A DNA stretch of 64,000 bases from Candidatus Latescibacterota bacterium (GTDB taxonomy: Bacteria; Latescibacterota; UBA2968), in the NCBI GenBank assembly GCA_965116885.1, contig OZ220741.1, forward strand, positions 1,408,001 to 1,472,000. The letters run 5' to 3'. Of this stretch, positions 1 through 9,519 are shown in pieces. Every line of letters starts with the position of its first letter. Positions within the stretch are counted from its first letter, which is position 1. Position numbers and translations under genes: made by a program. The notes under the pieces were generated by a model that saw nothing but the letters and a program-made list of their open reading frames with translations, had not been told where the DNA came from and searched no databases.

Positions 1-1653
1 GCTTATAACCTGAGATGAAATCGCCAGCCAATCGTCCGGGAGGTGTCCGGGTTCAATGCGATCTATAATTTCAGATAGGTATCGCTTATAGAGATGTCCC
101 GTCAGACTGTTACGTATCTTCTGTACATCGCCTTGCAAACGCTGCCGGGTTTCCTCTTCGTGAGAGGGTAGTGCAGTTGTGGTGTATATCATCAGGCTGC
201 GCTTGACGATTTCGTCGGGAAATGATTGGGGTTCCGCATTCATTGCGAGTATGAAGCACGGATATTCGGAAACTGGGGGCTGTAATTCCTCTTTGATCAT
301 ATCCTTGCCGTACTGATTGAAGGCGCGTTGTCCAATATCGTCAAACACAACGGGAAAGCGTTTGTACGACGCCTGCAATCCGCGAAGCCGGGATGCGGTG
401 AAACTCCGCTTTTCCACTGTGTTGGTACAACTGAACATGGATGTCATGAGCGTATCAATCAGGCTGGTTTTGCCGCAGTTGGACTTTCCAAAGACGATGC
501 CAAAGAAAGGAAAGCGGACCACATCGCTGTCTTGTACCAGGGCAAGTGATCGCATGTCGCACATGAAGGGGGAGAAATACAGCCACGCCATCAAGGTGAA
601 GTAATCCCGTTGCAGCCGTTTTACATCTCCCTCAAAGGAGGCGTAGTTCTCGAAGTATTCCAGGAGCAGACGCGCATCTGTTTTTACCGAATCGCTATCC
701 CATTCCAGTGGGAATATCTCGCCCGATAGGGTGGTCTGGCGCGTGGTTCTGTCGATATGGAAGTTGCGCGTATCGACTTCTTCGGCAGACTTGACGAGGA
801 CCACGCGATTGATCTGGCGTTTGATGTTCTGGGTGATGCGTTGCTTGCCATTGCGTATGGGAGGCATGACCGATGATAGCGCGGGACCAAGCGAGGCAAG
901 GACCTTCTCTACGCGCTCTACCTGGACTGGAAAGGAGGTTTCGACTTCATCCAGTGCAGGAGGCTCGATTATGAGTGTGGTCGGTCCATTGTTCATAGAT
1001 GGGGCTTCCTGAATTTCTATTTCTGATCGCGTTATTTTCTCATCGGGTAGCTCGATTTCGTCTGATGCGGAGTCTCGGATGGTGTTGAACATATTGTTGT
1101 AGTGTTCATAGGCTTTCTCATCATTGTCGAACATGACCAGCGTCTCTGGTTGGTCGCCAGAAAATGCCCGTTCCGAGAGGTTGGCGGATCCGATGATTAC
1201 TCGCTTTCGGCCATCCGAATTGGATAGCAGGTAGAGCTTTGCGTGGGCTATGGACTTTCTCAAGACTCTGAAGTGGGCTTGTCCCGCATGTACTTTTTCG
1301 AGAATTTGTATGTGCCGTTCGTCTTTGAGGCCCATGATTGCGGCGCGGGTACTGCCGACCACTGTTTTCTGAAATGCGAGAACGTCTTTCATGTCGCGGA
1401 TAATGCCTTCATAGCCGAATACGCATTCGAAGGTCTTGAACGCGTATTTATCGAGCATTCTAATGATGGCATCCACGCTTACTGAATAGGTCAACACTCG
1501 CAGGCTGTCGAATCCATCGAATACGTCCCAGTCGAATTTCTTTTCTGAGTTGAATTTCGCGCTGACCACACGAAGGCCACTTCTGTCATCTATTCCAAGT
1601 GACGTCTGACTCTCGCTGGCACCGCCGAATAGCATGTTTTGCTGTGTATCCAT
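1..1653 (-). CDS. Phospholipase D-superfamily nuclease (NgoFVII-like restriction endonuclease); 3' end runs off the window edge
   Basis: Not in ORF track. Manual translation from ATG 1653 (GGAGA SD): MDTQQNMLF...HAKLYLLSNSDGRKRVIIGSANLSERAFSGDQPE, an HxK...GSxNxS PLD-nuclease motif; frame reaches position 1. Confidence 0.75.
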   Translation of the reverse strand, partial: MDTQQNMLFGGASESQTSLGIDDRSGLRVVSAKFNSEKKFDWDVFDGFDSLRVLTYSVSVDAIIRMLDKYAFKTFECVFGYEGIIRDMKDVLAFQKTVVGSTRAAIMGLKDERHIQILEKVHAGQAHFRVLRKSIAHAKLYLLSNSDGRKRVIIGSANLSERAFSGDQPETLVMFDNDEKAYEHYNNMFNTIRDSASDEIELPDEKITRSEIEIQEAPSMNNGPTTLIIEPPALDEVETSFPVQVERVEKVLASLGPALSSVMPPIRNGKQRITQNIKRQINRVVLVKSAEEVDTRNFHIDRTTRQTTLSGEIFPLEWDSDSVKTDARLLLEYFENYASFEGDVKRLQRDYFTLMAWLYFSPFMCDMRSLALVQDSDVVRFPFFGIVFGKSNCGKTSLIDTLMTSMFSCTNTVEKRSFTASRLRGLQASYKRFPVVFDDIGQRAFNQYGKDMIKEELQPPVSEYPCFILAMNAEPQSFPDEIVKRSLMIYTTTALPSHEEETRQRLQGDVQKIRNSLTGHLYKRYLSEIIDRIEPGHLPDDWLAISSQVIS

Positions 1654-1737
1654 TTTTCCAATTCTCCGTTGAAGCACGCATCACTTTTGCGATGTGCCTG
1701 CACATCAGGCTGTCAGCATCATGAAAATACCCCGTAC

Positions 1738-3213
1738 TCAATGCGTCCTATCTTTAATTCCGCACATAAATTTTTTAATTTCTCCGCTTTTCAAGCGTGC
1801 AAAATACGAATCCATTTCACGCTTGACGATAGGTGCCAGAAAATACAGCCCCAAAATATTCGGCACACAAATCAAAAACACCAGCGCGTCGGAAATATCC
1901 AGCAGGGGTCCTAATTGCACCATGCATCCCAAAACAACACAGAGGCAAAAAATGATTTTGTACGCGTTTTGCCTGTGTGCGCTTTCACCAAACAAATAGG
2001 TCCAACCCTTTAATCCATAATAGGACCAGGAAATCATCGTGGAAAAGGCGAATAGCACAGCGGCAAAAGCCAGCGGAATGGGAAACCACGAAAATTGTCG
2101 CTCAAAGGCCACAGACGTCATGGCCACGCCTGTTGCGCCGCCAGCAAAATCGGGTGCAACAACCTGCGTTGTGGCAATGACCAGAGCGGTGATGGTACAA
2201 ATGACAATGGTATCAATAAAAGGCTCCAACAACGACACAATCCCTTCTGTGATGGGCTCGTTTGTCTTGACAGACGAGTGGGCGATGGCAGCCGATCCAA
2301 TGCCGGCTTCATTGGAGAACACCGCGCGTTGGAAGCCAATAATCATCGTTCCTACCACGCCGCCGGCGACACCTTCGCCGGTGAATGCACCCCCAAAGAT
2401 GTTGCCGATGGCGACGGGCAGTGCCGATGCGTTGAGCAGAATCGTGATAAGAGAAAAAAAGCAGTAAAGGACTGCCATAGAAGGGACGACTTTTTCTGTA
2501 ACCCTGGCGATAGACTTAATCCCTCCGATAATCACGGCAAAGACCACTGCACCCAAAATAATACCGACCAGCCAGCCCAATCCGTCCAGCATTCCGCCGG
2601 TCATGTGGTTGAGTTGCACATACGCCTGATTGGATTGAAACATGTTGCCTATGCCCAGTGCGCCTATTGAAATCCCCATTGCGTAAAAGCCGCCGATCAG
2701 TTTGCCAAAGCTGTCCATGCCGCGGGCTGAAAATCCTTTTCTGAGGTAGTACATCGGGCCGCCCGACACCGAATGGTCCGGGTTTTCATTACGGTATTTG
2801 ACGCCCAGCGTGCATTCAATGAACTTCGTGGACATGCCCAAGAAGCCCGCCACAATTAGCCAAAATGTCGCTCCTGGTCCGCCAACGGTTACCGCCACTG
2901 CGACGCCACCGATGTTGCCGATGCCGACAGTTCCCGCCACTGCTGTGGCCAGTGCCTGAAGGTGCGAGACTTCGCCTTTGCTGTTGGGGTCGGTGTAATC
3001 GCCACGCACCAGTTGGATAGCATGCTTGAAGCCGCGGATACCAATGAAGCCGGTGTAAAAAGTAAAAAATACTGCGCCAGCGACAAGCCACAATACTACC
3101 AATGGCAATTCCGCGTCGGCCACGGAAATTTTAAAAAAAACAAATTGACCGATCACCTCCGCAATTGGCGCAGTGGCATTGTTAATGGTCTCGTCAATTT
3201 CTAATGCCTTCAT
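1738..3213 (-). CDS. Sodium:alanine/glycine symporter family (AgcS/AlsT)
   Basis: ALATAVAGTVGIGNIGGVA, GGPGATFW, GGPMYY, FSNEAGIGSA, LLEPFIDT motifs; start (ATG 3213 or GTG 3225) lies inside a duplicated PLD fragment. Confidence 0.92.
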   Translation of the reverse strand: MKALEIDETINNATAPIAEVIGQFVFFKISVADAELPLVVLWLVAGAVFFTFYTGFIGIRGFKHAIQLVRGDYTDPNSKGEVSHLQALATAVAGTVGIGNIGGVAVAVTVGGPGATFWLIVAGFLGMSTKFIECTLGVKYRNENPDHSVSGGPMYYLRKGFSARGMDSFGKLIGGFYAMGISIGALGIGNMFQSNQAYVQLNHMTGGMLDGLGWLVGIILGAVVFAVIIGGIKSIARVTEKVVPSMAVLYCFFSLITILLNASALPVAIGNIFGGAFTGEGVAGGVVGTMIIGFQRAVFSNEAGIGSAAIAHSSVKTNEPITEGIVSLLEPFIDTIVICTITALVIATTQVVAPDFAGGATGVAMTSVAFERQFSWFPIPLAFAAVLFAFSTMISWSYYGLKGWTYLFGESAHRQNAYKIIFCLCVVLGCMVQLGPLLDISDALVFLICVPNILGLYFLAPIVKREMDSYFARLKSGEIKKFMCGIKDRTH

Positions 3214-3300
3214 AGCCGAATACACATTCGAAGGTCGTGAAAGCGTATTTATTGAGCATTCTAACGATAGTATATACGCTTACTGAATAGGTCAACACTC
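3202..3300. repeat. 99-bp direct duplicate of PLD-gene segment 1401-1499
   Basis: Manual ungapped alignment, about 9 mismatches in 99 bp. Confidence 0.9.
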
Positions 3301-3316
3301 TCCGTTGACAAATGCA

Positions 3317-4780
3317 TCAATTTGCCAATTCAGCCAATCTGTTTTTGCCGTTTTCCGTAATTTGGTACTTCTGCAACCGACTTCCCGGTTTTTCTGGAAT
3401 TGTGTATTTGATCAATCCGTCTTTTCTCAACGCGCGAATCACCTTGTTGAGCTGTCCCGACACGGCTTTTTGACCCAGACCGGTTGAGATGGACGATTTC
3501 GATAGGGGAGCTTGTACAAGAAGTGACAAAACTCTCTGTTCAAGGCTTGCTTGGTGTGACTCTGGCTGTGACTCTGGCTGTGACTCTGGCTTAGCCTTGA
3601 TTTGCTCTGGAATTGTCGGGTATCTATAGGGTACTTGTTCGGTGACATGTGGGGTTATCTGTCCACCATGTTCAACCTGTCGCTTGAATGTCGTGACTAC
3701 CCAATTATCCGAGACCTCAATCACGGGTTCTTCTACCCCGTAGTCACGACATTCCTGTCGGATGCGTCGTATGCCGCTACCGATCTGCTCTACCATTCCC
3801 ATGCGATGGAACATTCCGAATAGAAGTGGATTTCGCGGTAAGCTTCTGATTCCCAAATCTTCTTCTCGCATTCCCGCTGGCAACCCGCCCGGTGTGACAA
3901 TTTCCAGCCGATCATAGAATATGTGTACCTGCACTTTAGCGGTGGATCGATAGTCTCGATGCGCGATGGCGTTGACCATTGCTTCGCGGAGAGCGTCTTC
4001 TGGTAGTTCGAGCCGTTCGTCCCGTCCGTGAGCATGGGGAATGAAGGCTGTGTTCAGCTTTGCCTGCATGTAGGCTATACAGTCGTCGTAGATGGCGCAG
4101 ATATCGCCTGTGAAGTTCTTGAGGTCGATGATATGCGTATTGGTCGTGCCGCGAAGAACCGCGCAGGTCACGCCCGCTGTCAATGTGTAGCGTGTGATAT
4201 CTTCCGCCAATAGCCACGCGCCAGCATGGGTCATGATTCCATTCTCAAGCAAGTGCAGGTTTTCCAATGCCACGATTGGGTCCATTCCGTCGGGAATATG
4301 CGCCCGCTTGGCGAACCGTGCCCATGCTTCCGGCGTCAGGTCTTTATCTATTTTGAAGTTATGGCATGGTGTTTTGTCGAATCGAATGAGTCCTTCCTTG
4401 AAAAAGAATTCACGGATTTCATCGCGTGACATTTGCTGCGAACTCGCGCCTTCGCGGATGTAATACTTGCCGCCAAAGGAGTAAGGCTTGCCGTGTTGCT
4501 CTGGTATTGTGATGCAGAGCACGTCATTGACAGATTCTGTTTCCACTGCTATGGGCGGATCCGCTGATCGCGCGATGGACTGGACCTGCGACTTCAGCTT
4601 GTTGTGGTTCGCAATACCAACGATTTCGCCGTCGTCTGTTACGCCGATCAGTATGACGCCGCCGGTCGCGTTCGCAAAGGCACAGATTTCTCGACCCAGG
4701 TTGGAAGATATGGAGCGCTTGAACTCTGTGGTAAAACCTTCGCCAAGGGCGGTTATGTTAGAGAGTATTTTTTCGTTCAT
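3317..4780 (-). CDS. AlbA_2/Schlafen-domain + RecG-C/HATPase-like + C-terminal HTH protein
   Basis: EGFTTEFK, ICAFANATGGVILIGV, ALREAMVNAIAHRDY, EQIGSGI; start set at MNEKIL because the longer ORF overlaps the SIR2 gene. Confidence 0.85.
   Translation of the reverse strand: MNEKILSNITALGEGFTTEFKRSISSNLGREICAFANATGGVILIGVTDDGEIVGIANHNKLKSQVQSIARSADPPIAVETESVNDVLCITIPEQHGKPYSFGGKYYIREGASSQQMSRDEIREFFFKEGLIRFDKTPCHNFKIDKDLTPEAWARFAKRAHIPDGMDPIVALENLHLLENGIMTHAGAWLLAEDITRYTLTAGVTCAVLRGTTNTHIIDLKNFTGDICAIYDDCIAYMQAKLNTAFIPHAHGRDERLELPEDALREAMVNAIAHRDYRSTAKVQVHIFYDRLEIVTPGGLPAGMREEDLGIRSLPRNPLLFGMFHRMGMVEQIGSGIRRIRQECRDYGVEEPVIEVSDNWVVTTFKRQVEHGGQITPHVTEQVPYRYPTIPEQIKAKPESQPESQPESHQASLEQRVLSLLVQAPLSKSSISTGLGQKAVSGQLNKVIRALRKDGLIKYTIPEKPGSRLQKYQITENGKNRLAELAN
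3555..3590. repeat. 3 x 12-bp in-frame tandem repeat (PESQ units)
   Basis: TGTGACTCTGGC x3. Confidence 0.9.
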
Positions 4781-4811
4781 ATTTGGGAAATCTGATTTCA
4801 CACCTTTCTGT

Positions 4812-6440
4812 TCACACTTCGGATATTTGCCTGGCAAATTCAGCCACTTGATCATATTCCGGGTGTTGCACAATTTGTTTGACTGTTTCCAGCAAGCCCT
4901 CAAGAGGCCATCCTGGTAATCGAATCCCATCCTGCAACAGGCTCTCAATCTTACTCTTGCTTTCGGGATAATCTGAATAAAAACAGGCATAACGGTAAAA
5001 CCATAATTCCAACTCAAGATTCTTGTTATATGCCTGAATATGCTGAAAGGCTTTATTGATAAAAGTTTTTGCTTGCTCAAAATATCCTTGTTGCAACAAA
5101 AACAGAGCGTAATTGCCGTTGATATCCGCATCATCAGGATCTAACTCAAGGGCTTTCTGGTGATATTCCTTAGCCTGTGTGTAATCTCTTTCTCTTGTAA
5201 GAAGCAGGGCATAATTGCCGTTGATGATTGCATCATCAGGATCTAACTTAAGGGCTTTCTGATAATATTTCTTAGCCTGTGTGTAATCTCTTTCAATATC
5301 CATAAGAAACAGGGCGTAATCATTCATTAGTTCAGGACTGTCAGGACATTTCTCTAGCCCTTCTGTATAAAAAGACACTTTCTTTTTTGGGTCAGTTTCT
5401 ATGCTCGCTTGAAATCCATAAAACCACCAATTAGGGCCTTCGGGCTTTTCGCGTTTGATTATTTTCTCCAACGCATTGGGTAACAAATCTGATCCGTCTT
5501 TGATCTTATTGTAAACCCCTTGCATCTGCTTTCTATATTCCTTCACTCGCTCTTCGGCGATTTGCTCAATTTTTTCATCTAACAAACCTATTCCAATTTT
5601 TTCACCGAGCAATACCATTAATTCATCAAAATCCGTGATAGGTAAAAAACAGCCTTGTTTATCAATAACTAATTCTTCGATTTTACCTTTTGGATGTTCT
5701 GTCCCAGTAAAACACCAATATATACCCCTATCTGGATCCAAAGCTTCTTTTAACACATCCATAAAACCGCCATCGTTCCCGCCATAGCCAATCACAATCG
5801 GGATATAAGATTGGAAAATATCCTGTAAACCACGTTTCAGCTTTTTATCAATATCCTTTATTTCATCCGCTGTGTTTTGTGGCGACAAAAAGACATCGTG
5901 GTGAACCTTGATAACCATTGGTCGTTGTAGCTGGATTTTGATAAAATCGGCTAAATCCGCATGTCCGATTACTAACGGCTTTTTTGCTGTGTAAATGAAA
6001 AGCGCATCTTCGGTCAAGCTGTCAAAATTGGTCGTGATCACAATGTCGTGATCTCCCTTTGCCAGGATCTCTGCGAGGAATGAATAACCACAGCTTGGTT
6101 CTGCGTCCTCCATAATTTTCTCAAAAAAATCATAGCCTCCCTGATGATCTACCTCAAAGCGTTTGGCAAAAATTTGGGGATAAAAACTGGCGAGATCATC
6201 TTTGTCAATGCTCTCTTCTCTAAGCCATGATTCAAATTGATCTTTGTCCAGGTCTTCTTCAATCTCCGGCAGCCATTGAGATGCTAATTCTGCGCCAGTG
6301 GGAATGCCAGAGTTTTTGGATGCCCCGGCTCCTAAAATAAAGCAAAACTTTCGATTCCGTTGTTCTTCGAAATAGCGAAGGAATTGTTTTAATGTAATCT
6401 TTCTCGGCTTTGGTTTATCATTTTGCTGGTTCTGTTTCAT
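4812..6440 (-). CDS. SIR2-family (NADase-like) protein with C-terminal TPR repeats
   Basis: FILGAGASKNSGIP, ITTNFD, KVHHD, VIGYGG; TPRs YTQAKKYYQKALKLDPDDAIINGNYA with a 102-bp DNA tandem at about 5110-5300. Confidence 0.85.
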   Translation of the reverse strand: MKQNQQNDKPKPRKITLKQFLRYFEEQRNRKFCFILGAGASKNSGIPTGAELASQWLPEIEEDLDKDQFESWLREESIDKDDLASFYPQIFAKRFEVDHQGGYDFFEKIMEDAEPSCGYSFLAEILAKGDHDIVITTNFDSLTEDALFIYTAKKPLVIGHADLADFIKIQLQRPMVIKVHHDVFLSPQNTADEIKDIDKKLKRGLQDIFQSYIPIVIGYGGNDGGFMDVLKEALDPDRGIYWCFTGTEHPKGKIEELVIDKQGCFLPITDFDELMVLLGEKIGIGLLDEKIEQIAEERVKEYRKQMQGVYNKIKDGSDLLPNALEKIIKREKPEGPNWWFYGFQASIETDPKKKVSFYTEGLEKCPDSPELMNDYALFLMDIERDYTQAKKYYQKALKLDPDDAIINGNYALLLTRERDYTQAKEYHQKALELDPDDADINGNYALFLLQQGYFEQAKTFINKAFQHIQAYNKNLELELWFYRYACFYSDYPESKSKIESLLQDGIRLPGWPLEGLLETVKQIVQHPEYDQVAEFARQISEV

Positions 6441-6441
6441 A

Positions 6442-6594
6442 CTAAAAATTCTCCACTCTCCAACCGAACTTGCTGGTCATGCGGATGTAAAACTCGCGCT
6501 CCAGATCATCTTCACACTGCTCCAGGATAATCAGATTATGCGACCAATCTATTTCTCGCACCAGTGGTGCGAGTTTTTCAGAAGTCTTGCTCAT
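6442..6594 (-). pseudogene. YhcG/DUF1016 nuclease N-terminal fragment (50 aa)
   Basis: Manual translation MSKTSEKLAPLVREIDWSHNLIILEQCEDDLEREFYIRMTSKFGWRVENF; resembles the L.PLV.EI.WSHN...EREFY...GW segment of DUF1016 proteins. Confidence 0.7.
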
Positions 6595-7372
6595 GTCTCA
6601 ATTCCTCAAAGTTCCTCTTAATTGATGTCGCCAACTTCATCGCCTCGGGAATAATCTCCAGCATGAATGCAATGAATGGCGTGCTTTCGCCTTCTGACGA
6701 ACTCTGTCTGATGGCTTTGTAGTAGTCGCTTTGTCTGGCATGGACCAGACTTTCTACGGGGATGTGGGCGAACAGGGGTTTCCAGCGGGTCAGTATCAGG
6801 GTCTGCCAGAGGCGTCCCATTCGTCCGTTGCCATCTTCAAAGGGGTGAATGAACTCAAATTCGTAGTGAAAGACCGAACTGGCGATTAGCGGGTGCTCAT
6901 CGGTGCTGCCCAACCATGCCAGCAAGTTTGCCATGAGTTGCGGCACGCGTCCGGGAGGCGGGCCGATGTGATGGACTTCGCCGCCGCCCATAACGCCAAT
7001 GTCTTTGCGGCGATATTGTCCGGGCGCATCTAATAGACCGATCATCAGGATTTCGTGAGCACGCAACAGGTCGGCTTCGCTGGCGGGGTTCCACTGCTGG
7101 TATTGATCGTAGGCTTTGATGGCGTTGCGGGCTTCCTGTATGTCTCTGAGTGGCGCTATGACTGGCTCGCCGTCGAGTATTGTGGAGACCTGTTCTTCGC
7201 TGAGGATATTGCCTTCAATGGCGAGGGATCCGCGGATCGTGAGGATGCGGTTGATGCGTCGCAGGCGCAAGTCCTGCGAGATGCCCGTCGCGCGGCCAAT
7301 CGCTTCACCGATTTCTTCAATGCGAAAGAGAATGTCCGGCGTGATTGTGTATGGTGGTTTTTCGATTTTCAT
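6578..7372 (-). CDS. Fic family protein (C-terminus probably chimeric)
   Basis: HPFEDGNGRMGR Fic motif; SLAIEGN inhibitory motif. Confidence 0.92.
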   Translation of the reverse strand: MKIEKPPYTITPDILFRIEEIGEAIGRATGISQDLRLRRINRILTIRGSLAIEGNILSEEQVSTILDGEPVIAPLRDIQEARNAIKAYDQYQQWNPASEADLLRAHEILMIGLLDAPGQYRRKDIGVMGGGEVHHIGPPPGRVPQLMANLLAWLGSTDEHPLIASSVFHYEFEFIHPFEDGNGRMGRLWQTLILTRWKPLFAHIPVESLVHARQSDYYKAIRQSSSEGESTPFIAFMLEIIPEAMKLATSIKRNFEELRHEQDF

Positions 7373-7389
7373 TGTTTATCTATCAATTA

Positions 7390-7422
7390 CTGGATCGCGG
7401 CTAAAACCCTGCCGCGATGACG
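7390..7422. repeat. REP-like palindrome
   Basis: CTGG-ATCGCGGC-TAAAACCCT-GCCGCGAT-GACG hairpin. Confidence 0.5.
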
Positions 7423-7516
7423 GTGGTCCTTACTCAAGGCACTCGATATTGCATGCATCTTAAAGGATTTAATGTACGGAATCATGCGAAATCGCGCCAC
7501 CCTTCATATTGCGAAC

Positions 7517-7543
7517 GGGCGGGCACAGGGGCACCGCCCCTAC
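7517..7543. repeat. REP-like element (CCCCTAC family)
   Basis: GGGCGGGCACAGGGGCACCGCCCCTAC; related copies at 14531 and 29837. Confidence 0.7.
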
Positions 7544-7654
7544 AGGAAATGGTTCGACATTTATATAAAGTAAAAAAATATTGCGTTTCGTGTTGGCAAT
7601 CGCGTATGTTGGAGGCGAGATCGCGTAATTTTACGAGGAGCAAAGGAGCGTTTT

Positions 7655-8551
7655 ATGGAATGGAATTTTGAACAGGTGGCGGGTCCGTTTGGTTTTACCG
7701 AGGGTCCGGTGTGGGTAGGCGATGCGCTGTTGTTTACCGATATGCCGGGAGATCGCGCGATGCGCTACGATCACAGGTCGGGTGTTTGCGATGTGTGGCG
7801 CACGGGTACGAACCGGGCAAATGGTCTGACTACTGATGCACAGGGTCGGGTCTATGGCGCGGAGGGTACGTTTGATCCGGGTGGTGACAGATTTGTGGAT
7901 GGTCCCGGGCGTCGCATTGCGCGCTATGAAAGCGACGGCTCGACGACGGTGATTTCCGACAATTTTGAGGGCAACCGTTTTAACAGTCCCAATGATCTCG
8001 TGGTGGATGCAAAGGGCCGGGTTTGGTTTACAGATCCGAGGTATGGCGATGATAAGTCATGTATGGATATCGGTCACGAGTCGGTGTATCGGGCTGATCC
8101 CCAGGACGATGGTTCGTACACGACTGTGCGGGTGACTTTTGATACGACAAAGCCCAATGGTCTAATTGTTACGCCCGATATGAAGACCCTGTATGTGGCG
8201 CAGAGCGATTATCTTCCCGAGACTGCTCGGGAATTGCGCGCGTATCCGATTGCGGAAGATGGGTCGCTGGGTGCTTGTGAGGTGTTGCACGATTTTGGTG
8301 CCCATCGGGGTATAGACGGTATGAGGCTGGATGCGGATCTGAATATTGTCGCGAGTGCGGGTTGGCCGGATAGCGGGCCCGGTCCGATGATCTACGTTTT
8401 TGCGCTCGACGGACAGGTGCTCGAAGCACATCCTTTTCCGATCAATCCGACCAATTGCGCCTTTGGCGATGAAGATTTGCAGTCGCTCTATGTCACGGCT
8501 ATAGATGGGTATTTGTACCGCGCGCGTACGCATCGAAAGGGATTGGGATAG
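7655..8551 (+). CDS. SMP-30/gluconolactonase/LRE family protein
   Basis: FTEGPVW, FNSPNDL, FTDP, PNGL, IDGM, PTNCAFG; AAGGAG SD. Confidence 0.92.
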   Translation: MEWNFEQVAGPFGFTEGPVWVGDALLFTDMPGDRAMRYDHRSGVCDVWRTGTNRANGLTTDAQGRVYGAEGTFDPGGDRFVDGPGRRIARYESDGSTTVISDNFEGNRFNSPNDLVVDAKGRVWFTDPRYGDDKSCMDIGHESVYRADPQDDGSYTTVRVTFDTTKPNGLIVTPDMKTLYVAQSDYLPETARELRAYPIAEDGSLGACEVLHDFGAHRGIDGMRLDADLNIVASAGWPDSGPGPMIYVFALDGQVLEAHPFPINPTNCAFGDEDLQSLYVTAIDGYLYRARTHRKGLG

Positions 8552-8552
8552 G

Positions 8553-9518
8553 CTAGTACCACTTTGATTTATCTACGACATTGGTCAGTTCTTCACCCGC
8601 GAGGAAGCGTCGCGCGTTGTCGATGAGTATTTCGTAGCGTCGCGCGTTTATGTTGCCAGCGTCTCTGACGGCAATGTGGGGGGTCATTAGCACGTTGGGC
8701 AAGCCCCACAGTTTGTGGTCGGATGGCAGTGGCTCTTGTTCGAATACGTCGAGTCCGGCACCGGCTATTGTGCCGGATTCGATGGCGTTGGCGAGGTCGT
8801 CTATTTTGCACACTTTGCCGCGGCCGATGTTGATGAAGTACGCTGAGGGTTTCATCAGGGTGAAACGTCGCGCGTCGAACATGCCTTCGGTTTCGGGTGT
8901 GTGTGGGACAGTTGTGATGACGAAGTCCGCGAGTGGCAGAAGTGCGTCAATTTCGTCCGGAGTGTGGAATTCGACGTAGGGCAGTTCGTATTCGGGGCGG
9001 GGTTCGATGCCGATGACGGTCATTCCCAGTTCGTTGCACAGGCGCGCTGTCTCGTGTCCGATGCCGCCGACGCCGTTGATGAGTGCTGTTGCGCCAGCGA
9101 GGTCTATGTACGGCGATTTGCGCGCGTTTTTGTCCCATTCTCTGCGCCGCTGTGCGTCCATATACCACGGTAGCCCGCGCGCCAGTGCGAGCAGGAACAT
9201 CAGGATGTGGTGGGATATGTGGTCGAAGTATATGCCGCGGGGATTTGTGATGGTTAGCGGGTGTTGAGTCAGTTCTTTGTAGTAGTATCCGAAGAAGGGA
9301 CCTGCGTCTGGATTGTGTAGCCAGGCGAGTTTTTTGGCTACGGCGAGCGCGTCGGGTGGTATCCAGCCCAATGCGGCGTCGGCATCGCGTATTGCCTCTA
9401 TGGCTTCCGCGTCGGTTTCGGGCGATAGGACGTGGTATTCGGGGAGTTCGTCTGACAGGCGGGTGGCGAATGCGCGCTTGAGGTCGTCCTGCGGCGGCAT
9501 GAATACAAATTTTGGCAT
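8553..9518 (-). CDS. D-2-hydroxyacid dehydrogenase, NAD-binding
   Basis: GVGGIG, FINIGRG, AGLDVFEQEPL, TPHIA; start at MPKFVF. Confidence 0.92.
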   Translation of the reverse strand: MPKFVFMPPQDDLKRAFATRLSDELPEYHVLSPETDAEAIEAIRDADAALGWIPPDALAVAKKLAWLHNPDAGPFFGYYYKELTQHPLTITNPRGIYFDHISHHILMFLLALARGLPWYMDAQRRREWDKNARKSPYIDLAGATALINGVGGIGHETARLCNELGMTVIGIEPRPEYELPYVEFHTPDEIDALLPLADFVITTVPHTPETEGMFDARRFTLMKPSAYFINIGRGKVCKIDDLANAIESGTIAGAGLDVFEQEPLPSDHKLWGLPNVLMTPHIAVRDAGNINARRYEILIDNARRFLAGEELTNVVDKSKWY

Positions 9519-9519
9519 T

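Noticed and set aside
4781..5134. N-terminal extension making the AlbA protein 605 aa
   Set aside because: Overlaps the SIR2-TPR 3' end in another frame; the recognisable domain starts at MNEKIL
5110..5300. TPR DNA repeat as a DGR template/variable pair
   Set aside because: In-frame tandem 102-bp domain duplication; no reverse transcriptase in the window
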